Below, in pieces: positions 63,101 through 64,000 of a DNA stretch of 64,000 bases. The first letter of the stretch is position 1; every line of letters starts with the position of its first letter. The stretch is from contig OZ316891.1 of assembly GCA_973895155.1 (NCBI GenBank), forward strand, positions 25,853,899 to 25,917,898, read 5' to 3'. The notes beneath the pieces are model-generated. The model did no database searches and was not told the origin of the DNA. It was given only the letters and a program-made list of their open reading frames with translations. Source of the stretch: Marsupella aquatica. Its lineage: Eukaryota; Plantae; Marchantiophyta. Made by a program: the position numbers and the translations under genes.

Positions 63101-64000
63101 TCCCCATGCTGAGACGGGGAGTTTCGACTGCATTAATAGTGGGCGTGCAATTAACTGAAGGCATTTAATGACCGCTTCAGCTAGTCCGTTCTGAAAATGC
63201 ACGTGAGGTACAGGATATTGTACGTCAATGCCAAGTGATGTGCAGAAGTCATCAAATGTTTCGGATGTGAATTCCCCTGCATTGTCCACCCTTAGTGTCT
63301 TAATGGGGTGATCTGGGAATTGTGCTTTCACGCGCAGGATTTGTGCCAAGATACGAGGCATAACCATGTTCCTCGTTGAAAGCAGTGTCACATTTGACCA
63401 CTTAGTTGATGCATCGATTAATACCATAAAGTAGCGGAATGGTCCGCTCTATGGGTTAATTGGCCCACAAACATCGGCATGGATTATTTCCAAGAATTTG
63501 GGTATGTTGGTTGGCAATTTTGATGCCGTGGGCCTTGTTATTAATTTTCCGCGCGAACATGCAGTGCATGGGGTGCTAGCTGGAATGTGGCGTGTATTGA
63601 TTGGAATGCCACTTGAATTCTTAATTATTTTGGTTAGCATTGATTGGCCGGGGTTGTCGAGGCGTGCATGCCAGAGCGCATGCAATTCACTTGTGTTGGC
63701 ATTGTTATGCAGGCATTCTATATGAGTTACATAAAACCCACAAGGATACGAGAAAATGGTTTCTTTAATGATTTTCCCCGTAGGGGTATTTTCAACCAAG
63801 TGGATGACCTCTTGGTCTCTTGTATCGCCTGTTTGGACGTGTAGTCCATTAATTTGCTCGTATATCTCTGAAACTGAGGAGATTACGAGTTGCGTTCGGG
63901 GAGAAAATGGCAGATTCTATGTGAATCGCTGTACCCTGCGGTAGTCTAATGGAAGTTGGGCCGAAGCCTTCTTCTATTTGGCTAGGGCCATTTATAGTGG
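60156..64000 (-). mobile_element. second Bianca-like copia copy (3' LTR, RH, RT, INT), truncated by window end
   Basis: LTR at 60156-60264 homologous to 46322-46432, PPT at 60265-60275. ORFs 60575-62008 (ALYGLKQSG, IYVDDL, GYADAGY), 62045-63427 and 63449-63799 are highly similar to 49090-51222. Confidence 0.95.

Overview
This window is eukaryotic and TE-rich, and is most consistent with a land-plant nuclear genome. A non-seed plant is possible, but that is a weak inference. Main contents: (1) a full-length but disrupted Tork/Tnt1-like Ty1/copia element on the minus strand (9244-15689), with a 328-bp MITE in its protease region and an anomalous second PBS beyond its 3' LTR; (2) a spliced plant gene of the conserved uncharacterised 'CPKPRR...FxGSPPSR...VRVEGF' family (At3g02555/At1g68490-like) on the minus strand at about 22.2-24.8 kb, with a possible CUG start; (3) a fragmentary, possibly decaying multi-exon gene on the minus strand (about 34.8-52.8 kb), whose putative large intron holds a copia solo LTR, a 3-kb gag-only element with TG..CA ends and a 4-bp TSD, and a deleted Bianca-type copia; (4) a second Bianca copy in inverted orientation running off the right end; (5) many tandem, inverted and degenerate repeats. 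I saw no rRNA, tRNA or CRISPR array. All family assignments come from motif recognition by eye, not from database searches.
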